This document shows positions 50,998 through 62,395 of a stretch of DNA of 64,000 bases, piece by piece; position 1 is the stretch's first letter; each line of letters starts with the position of its first letter. The notes beneath the pieces are model-generated. The model was not told where the DNA came from. It was given only the letters and a program-made list of their open reading frames with translations, and made no database searches. The position numbers and the translations under genes were made by a program. The DNA lies in contig NC_083280.1 in the NCBI RefSeq assembly GCF_963506605.1, forward strand, positions 70,680,001-70,744,000. Reading direction: 5' to 3'. The stretch is from Zootoca vivipara. Lineage: Eukaryota.

Positions 50998-52281
50998 TTC
51001 TAGTATAATAAGCTCTTAAAGGGACTTAAATCAGGCAAATTCCTTCCTCTGGTTTTCAGTGGTTGTTTTCCTCCTAGCACTCAACATTTTGTGGCTCCTG
51101 AAGACCACTCTAGCATGCTCATTCTTCACTAGAGTCTTTTAATTTACAAACTCAGCGTCTGTTTTGGTGGGTCTCTTAATTTACAAACATATATACTTCT
51201 GTGTCCCTGCAGTGTCACCTAAATGGGTACAAACCACTCTTTTATTCTGCCCCCTCCAAGCTTCTAAACCACTTGAGTTTCTATTCAGTCTATAAACAAG
51301 TGGGCTCTCCAACAAAATGTGTTGGAGTTCAGGGTTACAGCCAGCCATGCCTTTCTCTAGGATACTCCATCCCATCCCCCCATGAGTCACACAGCATCCC
51401 ATGCCCAGTCCACATTTTTGCCTGTGTTTCCTCTTGTCCTTTCTCTAAAGAGTGTTTGTACATTTGCAAACTTGAGTTTCCCCAGGCCAGTGGCTGATAA
51501 CTTCCTCTTGTCCATGAATGGAGCCAAGGATCCATACTTGCAGAATGAGTTCACTATCAGTATGAGTTTTTGTTTGTTTAAACAGCATTTAAATTATGTG
51601 ATTCTTTCCCACCCCATCCCCCACATCCTTGCTGGACAAAAAAGCAATCCATTTCCTGTTTCAAGACCTGAGATGACAAATAAGCCCAGACAGTCCCTTG
51701 TGGTTGCCTATTGCAAGCCAGACAATTGTATTTGAGTCAGCATTTTTACTTTGACTTCCACTAAGGACTTGCACTTCCATGTTAAATGAGATGTTACCAT
51801 GTCATCAAACAATTCCTCCTTTTAGAATTCAGGGAAGCATCAATCTTCATGCCTCATTGGTCCTGGTAAAACAACTAGAGTTGGTAACATTAAGGGCACT
51901 CTTTGACCTGCCGTCTTTTGTGAAGGGCAAAAGGTCTAAGAAAAGGCATTAAAAAAAAAAGTCAGCAAGATTGTTTGACATAGCAGCTTTTCATGGCACA
52001 AACAATGGATGGAACAGCATTTGCATAAAACTCATTAGAAAAAGTGCAAGTTTCATAAATCTTGTGATAAATTAGTGCGATATCTTTCGAAAAGTGATGC
52101 ATTAATTTTAGGGTAAAATGAATGGCTCTGTGATCATTGTAGGTAATTAGGAGGCTTCTAGGTAATGTAGAGAGGAAATTATTTTTAAAAGGCTTTCCGT
52201 ATGGAAAGTCATTGCTCTTGGACTAGGGTAGATGGGTTAGGGAGAAGAAACGGAGGAGTTGCATGCCCCGTTCTTGTAGTC

Positions 52282-53511
52282 CACGGGTGTCAAACACAAG
52301 GCCCGGGGGCCAAATCCGGCCCGCCAGACCTCGTCATGTGGCCCGCCGAGTGCCCCAGCCAGCGGGACCCAGCAGTGGGACCTTGCTGCTGAAGCGCCGT
52401 GCCAACAAAGCGCCGACAAACAGCTGGGGCCAGGGAAATGCTTTTTGCCCCTGGGTCCCTTTGTGCTCTTTTCTGGCGCTGAATCAAGGCGGCGACCCCC
52501 CCTCCCTTTCTTTCTTCCTCTCTCTCGTTCTTATTCTTTCTTTTCCTCTCCTTCCTTCCTTCTTTATCTCTGTCTTATCTCCCTCTTTCTTTTTCTTTCC
52601 TTCTTTATTCCTTCTTTCCTACTCTTCTTTATCTCACCTCTTTCCTTCCTCTCTCCCTCCTGCTCCCTCTTTTCTTTCTTTCTTTCTTTCTTCCTTACTT
52701 CCTTTCTTCCTTCCGTCCTTCCCAACTTTCTTCCTCTCCCTCATTCTTATTCTTTCTTTCCCTCTACTTCCTTCCTTCTTTCTCCCTTTCCGTCTTCTCT
52801 CCCTCTTTCTTTTTCTTTCCTTCTTTATTCTCTTCCTTATTTCCTANNNNNNNNNNNNNNNNNNNNNNNNNNNNNNNNNNNNNNNNNNNNNNNNNNNNNN
52901 NNNNNNNNNNNNNNNNNNNNNNNNNNNNNNNNNNNNNNNNNNNNNNNNNNNNNNNNNNNNNNNNNNNNNNNNNNNNNNNNNNNNNNNNNNNNNNNNNNNN
53001 NNNNNNNNNNNNNNNNNNNNNNNNNNNNNNNNNNNNNNNNNNNNNNNNNNTGCTTTATACTTCTGGCCCTTAAACCCTGGAACCAGGAGAGCAGCTTCAG
53101 TGAGTCAACCTCAGCCAGTCCCTTTGGTGAAGGGTGGTGGCTCACTGGCCGAACATCTGTCCTGCATGCAGAAGGACCCCAGCATCTCCAGGTACTAGTA
53201 GCTCTGCAAAGGTCCTGCATGAAACCCTAGCGAGCCTCCACCACCCAGTGCAGTTACCAAAAATAATTTTTCAATAAATTGTACAATAATTGTACATTTG
53301 AATATCTACTTGCCATTATTCTGACTATGTTTCTGCTTTCAGAGCTAGTTATTACTATTATTATTATTACAAAAAACAGTAATAATTGAATGCAGTGACA
53401 ATAATTTATGATAATAAAGAGTGGACACATAGTCCCACAGATACAACCGGCCCTTTGAGGGTGACCAAACTGCTGATGCGGCCCCCGATGAATTTGAGTT
53501 TGACACCCCTG
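52282..53511. mobile_element. Non-autonomous hAT (Charlie-like) with a polypyrimidine core, a gap and a nested SINE fragment
   Basis: CACGGGTGTCAAAC...GTTTGACACCCCTG; perfect TSD TTGTAGTC. Gap at 52847-53050; SINE-like segment at 53128-53255. Confidence 0.88.
52847..53050. other. Assembly gap (N run)
   Basis: Run of N. Confidence 1.
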
Positions 53512-53983
53512 TTGTAGTCTATCATTTAATTTTTACTGTTTGCTGTGGTTTCGTAATGTTTATCCTGTTTATCATCATTTCCGTCTTAAAGCCAGAGCCT
53601 AGGATGCATTTTTTGCTTCCCTTGTTTTTCTGTTTCTTTTGCCTCCACTCCCTTAAATTTGGCAAAAGTTAATATTCTCTACAAACCCCAGTGAGCTGTC
53701 ACAATATTTCTACTAGAGTTGTAATCAGCAGTGCTTTCCTGCTGCTTATGTCCTCAATGGTACATTACTGATGATCTCTGCATGAGTGTGTTAGTTTGCA
53801 AGAGTGATTGTGTTGGAACGCTGCAGTCACACAAGGCACCCAGATAACATTGTTTTCAGGGGATAACAGGAGTACTGACAGAACCTGGGTGTTCTGTTAT
53901 CACTTTTGCCTTCTTAGGTGGTGGGAAACACTTCCATTGTAGCATGGACCCTATATCTTCACTTGCAGAAGGCAAGGTTCTTT

Positions 53984-54296
53984 TAACCTTGACCCTGTAT
54001 ACCTGAAGGAGTGTCTCCACTCCCAACATTCAGTCTGGACACTGAGGTCCAGCTCTAAAGGCCATTTGGCGGTTCCCTCACTGCGAGAAGTGAAGTTACA
54101 GGGAACTGGGCAGAGGGTCTTTTCAGCGGTGGTGCCCACCCTGTGGAACGCCCTCTCATCAGTTGCCAAGGAGATAAATATACAACTTTTAGAAGGCATC
54201 TGAAGGCAGTCCTGTATCAGGAAGTTTTTAATGTTTGATGTTTTATTATGTTTTTATGTTTGTTGGAAGCCGCCCAGATGGGATGGGGTATAAATA
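53984..54296 (+). mobile_element. L2-clade LINE 3' fragment
   Basis: tacctgaaggag...ctgaggtccagc...gtggtgcccaccctgtggaacgccct...gaagccgccc...ggggtataaata. Confidence 0.8.
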
Positions 54297-54426
54297 TAGT
54301 GTTGCCATATTTCAAAAAGTAAAAACCAGGACACCCTGAAAGTTTTTGAGCTTTTTTTTGAGAGATTTGCCTAAGATCCAGGAAGAAAGAGCCATATTTC
54401 GGAAATCTGGACATATGGCAGCCCTA
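54297..54426. mobile_element. Short Blackjack-like hAT MITE
   Basis: TAGTGTTGCCATAT...ATATGGCAGCCCTA termini; flanks are both ataaat-like. Confidence 0.7.
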
Positions 54427-54483
54427 ATAAATGATAATATTTGCCCACTTCAGCAATTGTTGCTCATTTGCAGTTTTTCTATA

Positions 54484-54771
54484 CAGTGGTGCCTCACTTA
54501 ACGAATGCCCTGCTTAACGTAATTTCCGCTTAACAAAAGGATTTTTCGAGCGGAGGTTGCCTCGCTAGATGAATTCGTTTTATGAAAAATTCGTCTAGCG
54601 AATCGCGGTTTCCCATAGGAATGCATTGAAATTCAATTAATGTGTTCCTATGGGCAAAAAAAAAATCCAAAAACCCCCCCCAATGCATTCCTATGAGATT
54701 TGCTAGACGAATTTTTCATTATAAGAAAAGACCCGTGGAACGAATTAAATTCGTCTAGCGAGGCACCACTG
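54484..54771 (+). mobile_element. Tigger/pogo-like MITE (288 bp)
   Basis: TA|CAGTGGTGCCTC...GAGGCACCACTG|TA; same family as 60639. Confidence 0.9.
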
Positions 54772-55518
54772 TATAGCCTTCCCTGCCCCTATTTCACTTC
54801 GCTTCACTCATTTGTGTGCACATCTGTTTATGTGGTACCAGAATACAGCATCTGGTGTGGAGGAAGATTTTTTGTAAAGAAAGACCAGCTTACACTTTTG
54901 TACCAGTGAAATGCCCCACATTTTGTCCATAACATACTTGTACCTCAGCTGTGAAAACCTTGCAAAAAACATGCAAGAACAAGAAATAATTGCTTTGAAG
55001 GAAACTATCCCAGACAACACTTTAATAATGAGCTTGCTGAATATTATTTAAATGTTAGCAAAGGTCAACTGTTTAAAATGGGAAGTAACCAAAAAGCAAT
55101 AAGCATATATGTTGGGTGCCATTAATGTCAAGTGGTGAAATCAATGGAATGAAATCAAAGGAAGGGTCTAGACCGGATGCAGAAATGCTAAAGTGTAATC
55201 TCTGTATTCCAAAACATGCACACAGTCCATTTGTTTGTCAAGAAAATTATTTTTTCCAATGAGTCTTATCTGGTGTGGTGATCTCCAACTATGGAGCATA
55301 CACATTTCACTGAAACATGGAACTGAACCGAAAACCATGGAAAAATTAATTTTGGGCTTTGCTTGTAGAGACATAATAAAGGAGGAATGGATCAAATCCA
55401 ATGAATTCAAAGGTTGGGTTAAAGGAATTGGAAAGAAAATCAGCAATGCTATATAAAAATAAGAGAATCAACTGTAAGCCGAAGGCAGCATAGATATTAG
55501 TATTAAACAACTCTTGGG

Positions 55519-55803
55519 CAGTGGCAGAGGAAGGGGGCAGGGGGTGGCTCACCCCGGGTGCCATCTTTCAGGGGGGGGGTGACAAGAAGGCACCCCGTGG
55601 GATCCCACCGCTGCCACCGCAAGCGGAGAATCCCTCCGCCAGTGCTGCAGCCGCGAGCGGAGGACCCGCCCCTGTCTGTACAGTGCTCAAGCAGCGCCAT
55701 TGGTATCGGCACTGCCGCAAATGCACAGTATGTAGCAGCGTCACACATGCGCCTGAGGCGGTTCACCCCGTACCGACTGCCGGAGAGCTTTCCTTCGCCC
55801 CTG
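55519..55803. mobile_element. GC-rich hAT (Tip100-like) MITE, 285 bp
   Basis: CAGTGGCAGAGGAA...TTCCTTCGCCCCTG; TSD CTCTTGGG / CTCTTAGG (7/8). Confidence 0.82.
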
Positions 55804-56929
55804 CTCTTAGGGAATGTGTAAGTGTAAGAGAAGATAGCTGCACCAATTATAAAGTTGTGTTTCCTTACTTATTTTTCCACTTTTATTATTATGAGTTCTT
55901 ATTCAGAAAGTGGAGAAACAACTTTCTCTTCATTAAAGCACGTGCTTTCTTTTCTGGCTGCTGTTGTGGCAAGTTGTGTTTCCTGCTGTCCGCTGTCTTT
56001 ATGTAGGTGAACTTGTTCCAGATGTGACACGCTGCCATTTTGAATGCCATAAGTGGGAAGTCTGCGTGTACAATTTACATTGTATTGAGACAACAGAGAG
56101 GTAAATTCAAATGCATAACTGGGTGCAAAATTAATCCATCACAGTTTTTATGTGCAGCATTTGAAATTGCCTGGTGCTGTGGATGAAAGCAAATATACTA
56201 CCTGCTGAAGCCTGCCAAAACATCTCTGATATAAGATGTTTTGCTAAAGTGAGTCATAATTCATGAAACAAGTGTTATGAGCTGCGTGTCTGAACCCTGC
56301 ATGCAAGTCCAGTACTCGTGTGTACTCAGGGCACAACCCTGAGGGGAATCTTTTGCTGGTGTCGGTACGTGCACCCATTATGAATAAGTGTTTACCCTTA
56401 ACCTTGTGCCCACTAAAGAAGTTACACCAAGAAATAAAGAACAGATTATTTATTACATAGAAGTGAAGAGAGACAGAGTATATGGATGTTGCTTCAGATA
56501 GCAAGGTTACAAATATTCAGGCAGCAATATGATCATTAAGCATTCACACACCTTTACTCTTTAGATTTAAGAGTAAAAGAATCCCTAACTACCAAAAAGC
56601 CTAGAGAGTAAGCACAGGAATGTGCCATAAACTCACACTAAAAAAAAGAGAAAAATGCCAAAAGGTGGGTATACCTGATTTTAAAGCGTATTGGGAAACA
56701 AAGTTAGGGGTCAGAGGCCTGTGTTTTCTGCGAGAGGTAAGCTCTCGCCATAAAATTCTGTACCAAACAGGCCACAGAAATTTGTCACCCATTCTTTGGT
56801 CTGTGGTCCAGCAAAACATAGGACTAGTCTTTTAGATGGTTGAGTAGCAAATAAGCTTTTTGAGATACTGGACCATTGAAAATCTGGGGGTTAAAAGAGT
56901 TTTTTTGCTAACCTGAACCCCTGGCCTAC

Positions 56930-57486
56930 CTGACAGCAAATCAGCAGGCCAAGCCCAAAGTTCAAAGTACAAGGGTCAATTCATACAAGCAAAGTCCAAA
57001 GGTCAGGAAAATCAGCCCAAGGTCAATCCAAGTAGCCAAGCCTGAAGTCCAGCAGTCAACCCCGAAGCACAGTCTCGTAGAGGTCCATCAACATGGATAG
57101 TTGAACAGACACAGCACCTCAACTCTGCTTCCATTTTGTACTTTACCTGCTGATTGCAGCATCTGGGCTTGACGAGGCAGGTGACCCTCAGCTGCTCCAA
57201 GCCTACTCCAGTTGAGGAGTCACAACCTTTCTTCCAAAACTAACAACCCTCAGCCTCCTAGAGCATGACTCCCACTGCTCTCTACAACTCAGAGCCCATG
57301 TCCATGGGGACAGAGGCTTCTTTGGCTGTGGTGGTGGGTCCTGCTGCCCTGATTCCTGTGGATTGACCTCCATCCCCTCGTCACCCTGTGAATACTTCCT
57401 TCCTTGCCCCAGTGTGTCCCAGTCCTGGCTTACACCCCTTGCTGGGGTCCTCTTCCTCCTCCCAATCGCCTTGCCAGTTCATGACA
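56930..57486 (-). mobile_element. Probable LTR remnant
   Basis: Ends ...gttcatgaca (minus strand TGTCATGAACTGG), similar to the LTR end at 41511. The other end and a TSD were not found. Confidence 0.5.
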
Positions 57487-57619
57487 GTGGCAAACTATTC
57501 TCTGTGGAGAGGTGAGACGACTTCTTGGATGAGTGAGTATAATTTGTACCATTGTCTGTTTATTATTCTGTTTACTTCACTAAACAGAATAGTATTTGAG
57601 TGAGAAATGAATAGAATAG

Positions 57620-57751
57620 AAAATAGAAACATTGTCACCTGACCCCACCCTCCCACACCCTGCCCCCATCTACTTTCCTTCCCCTCTCCTCACCAATGTC
57701 TCAACAAATGAAATTGATTTGTAAAAATGCTAAGAGAGACATTGCACATAT
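57620..57751 (+). mobile_element. Isolated L1 3'UTR terminal fragment
   Basis: Close copy of 58676-58801. Confidence 0.8.
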
Positions 57752-57903
57752 ATGTATGCTTCCTGAATCATTAGTTTACCTTTGGAGGAAGATTCCTTTG
57801 CCTGTGGAGAACCCAATTCTTCCTTACAGCAGGTGATCACTAAACTTTTCTGGTAACACAGGCTTTGTGTGCTGATCTTTTACATCACGTATTAGGAAGT
57901 CAG

Positions 57904-58825
57904 ACCCCACCCAATGGACCAGAATGTGGTCTAACCCCCCCTTTAAATCCATATCAGCAAAAAGGAAAGATCTCACTCTGAAAATCATCTACAGGTGGTA
58001 CCTAACACCGTGAAAACTAGCAATAATACGCCCAGGAACCTCATCAAAATGCTGGAGAGGATGCATCTCAACAGGCACATATTTCCACATGTGGTGGGAG
58101 TGCCCCAAAATCCAACTATTCTAGACAACAACCATAAGAGAAATAGGTTAAAATAACCCAACCAACATTAGAATTTACCCCAGAATTGGCCTTGCTAAAC
58201 ATCTTCAGGACAATAGTGCCCACCTGCATCACAAAGAACTCATAACCCACTTACTCTCAGCAACCAGAAGCACCATAACCAGACACTGGAAAGACCTGTC
58301 AGGAGTAAGCATGGACCAATGGTACCAAATAGTATGGGAAACAGCCTTACTAGAAAAATTAACCAATAAGCTGAAACTGACACAGGGACAAATAGAAGAA
58401 GACGGCCCCACCCCGGTATGGTTCCCCTTTATCACATACACAGCCCAACAAGACAATGAGAAAAATCCAACAACAGCATACGAATCAATATGGTTAACCT
58501 GACCCAAAACACTCACCCACCCCACTCACACACAAAACAAAGACCAGCACAGCCAACCACAAAGGTACAACCATATCCTAGCCAACCCCAACATCTCTCA
58601 CCATCAAAGGAACACAAGTGAACAGCAGAGAACCTACACAAGCAATGCTGACAAAAAAACCCACACTTATTAAGCAAAATAGAAACATTGTCACCTGACC
58701 CCCCACACCCTCCCCCCATCTACTTTCCTTCCGCTCTCCTCACCAATGTCTCAACAAATGAAACTGATTTGTAAAAATGCTAAGAGAGACATTGCACATA
58801 TCTTTGTAAACCAAGAAAACCCTTA
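57904..58825 (+). mobile_element. 5'-truncated L1-clade LINE (second family)
   Basis: Translates LKIIYRWYLTP*KL...KCWRGCISTGTYFHMWWECPKI (zf-RVT/CCHC region of ORF2); 15-bp TSD GTATTAGGAAGTCAG (57889-57903 / 58826-58840). Confidence 0.9.
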
Positions 58826-59166
58826 GTATTAGGAAGTCAGGATATTTAAGCATAACTTACAGGAAACATTTATAATGAGGGTTAGTGACAGGGTCAAAGA
58901 TAGCTCATAATGGGGGACCTCAAGGTTTGCCAACTGTACTGATGCCATGATCTATAGGAATAAACCAAAGATCAGATTGGCACACACTATGCAAGAGCCT
59001 TTGTAGTTTGTCTGAGTTTCTAGATTCAGCTCTGAGAGGCTTGAGTCCTACCCCCACAATGATATATAACTTAGTTAAATCAAGACTGGACTAATGTAAT
59101 GTGTTGGGCATGGGGCTACCTCTAAAAATTCTCTGAAAGCTTCATTTGGTCCAGAGTAAAACAGCA

Positions 59167-59526
59167 GGGATGCAGGTGGCGCTGTGGTCTAAACCATGAG
59201 CCTAGGGCTTGCTGATCGGAAGGTTGAATCCCCGCGACGGGGTGAGCTCCCGTTGCTCAGTCCCAGCTCCTGCCAACCTAGCAGTTCAAAAGCACGTCAA
59301 AGTGCAAGTAGATAAGTAGGTACTGGTCTGGCGGGAAGGTAAACAGCATTTCCATGCGCTGCTCTGGTTTTGCCAGAAGCGGCTTAGTCATGCTTGCCAC
59401 ATGACCAGGAAATACTGTCTGCGGACAAACATCGGCTCCCTCGGCCAGTAAAGCAAGATGAACACCACAACCCCAGAGTTGTTTGTGGCTGGACTTAACT
59501 ATCAGGGGTCCTTTACCTTTTCTTTA
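59167..59526 (+). mobile_element. Sauria SINE, full length
   Basis: Typical head and tail; TSD AAAACAGCA. Confidence 0.92.
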
Positions 59527-59629
59527 AAAACAGCAAAGGTGTTCACAGGAACACATTTCCATGAGCAAATTATACCCGTTTAAGCACACCAAAACCGGTT
59601 ACCAAATATTCCTTGCTGCTGCTGCTGCA

Positions 59630-59681
<52 letters not shown>

Positions 59682-60638
59682 CTCTCTCTGTCTCCCCCCC
59701 CACTTTTTAACTGTTTTAATTGAGAATTTTAAATATTAGATGCCACAAATGCTATTTTATAGAGAAATGCTGGATATAATTATCTTATACAAATCAATAT
59801 TGGTTATATCAATATTTCTGGGTCTCAGTTTCCCTTATGTATAAATGGAATAACAACAGTACCCCAGTGGCTCTTTGATTTCCCCCTCCTCCTCCCCCCC
59901 AAGTAAGATGAAGGATTTCTTATCTGCTCTCTGATTTTGTGTGAAAGAAATAAAGGATTATGGAGACATTATCCATCAATGACTTCTTTAAAGGCCTCTG
60001 AAAAGACTAGGTTTCCAGGAGGAATGCTGAGAGAAACTTGTCAACTTTTATAGGCTGATATGCCCAGTTCAGTGTCATAATTGGTATTTGCTATGTTAGA
60101 AATTTCAGCTTTTGGGATGAAAACAAGGCCATTAGACAGGAGGTATGTATAATGGACTAGGAAGGGGAAGTGGCATACAAATATACTAAGGTCATACTAA
60201 GTTCAAGTACAGTACCAGAGAATGTAAGAATGCATGTTTGTGTGTGAGAGAGAAACTGTGATCGAAACAGAGTGAGCAAAGGGAGACAAGATAAATTGAG
60301 ATTATCTAAAGAAATCAGGACCCTTAACTGCCCTGTCTGACTCCTGAGAGAAAACAAATGGAGCCTATAACTTTACAGTGTGAGAAGATCATTTGTCCAT
60401 GTTTTACAGTCTTTCTACTGACTCTGTTGACATTTTGTGATTTGTTCCCCAATAGTGTCAAGCACAGGAGAGGAAGGATGCTAGTTTCTCTCTCCCTCTT
60501 TATCCATGTGGCTATGCTACTCAGGGTGTAGCTATACTTATTTTGATTAGATGACACCAACTATTGGGTCTCAACTATAATTTGTACAGGTTCTCAAAGG
60601 AACCGGGACTTGGAACATGTGAAAAATAACTTGGAGAA

Positions 60639-60925
60639 CAGTGGTGCCTCGCTTAACGAACGCCCTGTAAGACGGAATTTTCGCTTAACGAAAGGATTTT
60701 TCGAGCTGAGGTTGCCTCGCTAGACGAATTCATTTTACAAAAAATTTGTCTAGCTAGCGAATCGCAGTTTCCCATTGGAATGCATTGAAATTCAATTAAT
60801 GCATTCCTATGGGCAATTTTTTTAAAAAAAAAATCAATGCATTCCTATGGGATTCGCTTGACGAATTTTTGGTTATAAGAATTGACCCGTGGAATGAATT
60901 AAATTCGTCTAGCGAGGCACCACTG
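60639..60925 (+). mobile_element. Tigger/pogo-like MITE (287 bp)
   Basis: CAGTGGTGCCTCGCT...AGCGAGGCACCACTG|TA; sibling of 54484. Confidence 0.9.
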
Positions 60926-61322
60926 TATATGTGAAATATATGCAAAATGTCACACTCTCTTCTGAGTACACTATTCACGACTCCCCCATCCACCAAGACA
61001 CACCCACAGTTAAAAGCAGGACATTCTGATCTAATAGCTTTGTGTATCTGCACCTCTCTCTCATTTGAATGAATCAAACAAGCACTAACCAATCATGACA
61101 GGGTTTTGTGTTTCTGTATGGGGCTCTGCCTTGAACATTACTGCCTGAACAGGTCAGCACTAGCAGAACTGCTGAGGACTAACTAATTTGAAGAGCAACT
61201 CTAGCCTATATGATCAATCCTCAAAGCCTTCATGTATGGAAGGAAATAGGAGTGTACATGGCCAGACTTCGTGATTGGCAGGCAGTATGAACCCCCAGGT
61301 TTGTCCGGCCTCAGCATTACTA

Positions 61323-62395
61323 CAAGGTGTGACCGGAAAGTTCGGTGAATGGTCACAGAAATTGAACAGCGAGAAATATTCAAACATACATGCCTTACAA
61401 GCCTTCAAAGTAGGCCCCCCTCTGATACAATGCAGTGTTGACAACATTCATAGAACTGTTGGAAACTTCTGGAGAAGTCCTCTTTTGTACTGCTTTCAGT
61501 TTCCTCATCACAGGAGCTTGGATGTGTGAAATGTTGGAAAATCTGTGCCCTTTCAGTGCAGATTTCAGTTTTGGAAAAAGAAAGAAATCCGGAGGGACGA
61601 GATCGGGAGAATTTGGAGGATGGGACAACTCAGTAACCTCAGTAATGATTTCACAAGGAATATGCAATTCTTCTGCCATCATTTGGATGGACAAACACTG
61701 ACCCCACATCAATAACTCACAAACTCTGTCAACATTTGCCGCTGTTCTGATCATCGGCAATGCCAGACTGAGGGTCATCTTCGATGGTTTGCCGCCTGTC
61801 ACGGTGGCTGGAGAAGGCTACTTCAGAGTAACGACTCTACACAGCTCTGCATTTTATGGTTTTATTGGTGCTGAGTATTTACAGTGCTAATGGCAGTGCT
61901 ATTTACAAAGACCCATCTGTTTAGCTTGAATCAGAACCTCCCAGTGGCTTTTGGCGCGTTTTGCGCCAACATAATAACTTGGGGAGACCCATCCTCTTCC
62001 CCCGACGCCTTTTGCGAAGTTCCGGAGTTGGGGGGACTGGCCTGCCCCCCTTCCTTTCCCCTTCCTGTCCCACCTGGGACGATGGCTCTCTTTCCCTGCC
62101 AGAGCCTTGGAACCCACTTCCTGTTTCCCCACTTGAGCTGGAGCTTTCCTTCTTTTCAGCCTCGCTCGGGTCTGGGCTGGAACTCAGGAGGGGAGGGGCT
62201 TCGCGATATCCCTTGCCCCTCACACCGCCCTTCACGGAAATGCTTAAACCACTCATACACTGTCTTTCAAGTTACAGCTTCGTCTTTGTACACATTTGTG
62301 AGCATTTCGTGGGTTTCTGATGCCAATTGTATGTTCGAATATTTCTCACTGGCCGATTTCTGTGACTGCTCACCAAACTTTCTGGTCACACCTTG
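61323..62395 (-). mobile_element. Decayed, internally deleted mariner element
   Basis: TA TSDs and ~68-bp TIRs. Minus-strand transposase remnants: ETHEMLTNVYKDEAVT*KTVYEWFKHFREGR / QTIEDDPQSG / HPPNSPDLVPPDFFLFPKLKSALKGHRF / GAYFEG. Confidence 0.92.
61797..62224 (-). mobile_element. Solo LTR (428 bp) nested in the mariner transposase
   Basis: TGT...ACA termini; 5-bp TSD CCGCC (61792-61796 / 62225-62229); AATAAA on the minus strand near 61862. Removing it rejoins the transposase reading EGR-QTIEDD. Confidence 0.85.

Noticed and set aside
52263-53230. Longest ORFs (311 and 261 aa)
   Set aside because: Produced by a stop-poor C/T tract plus an N gap inside a hAT element.
61395-61802. Functional or domesticated mariner transposase
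   Set aside because: The catalytic core is deleted, there are frameshifts and an in-frame stop, and an LTR interrupts it.
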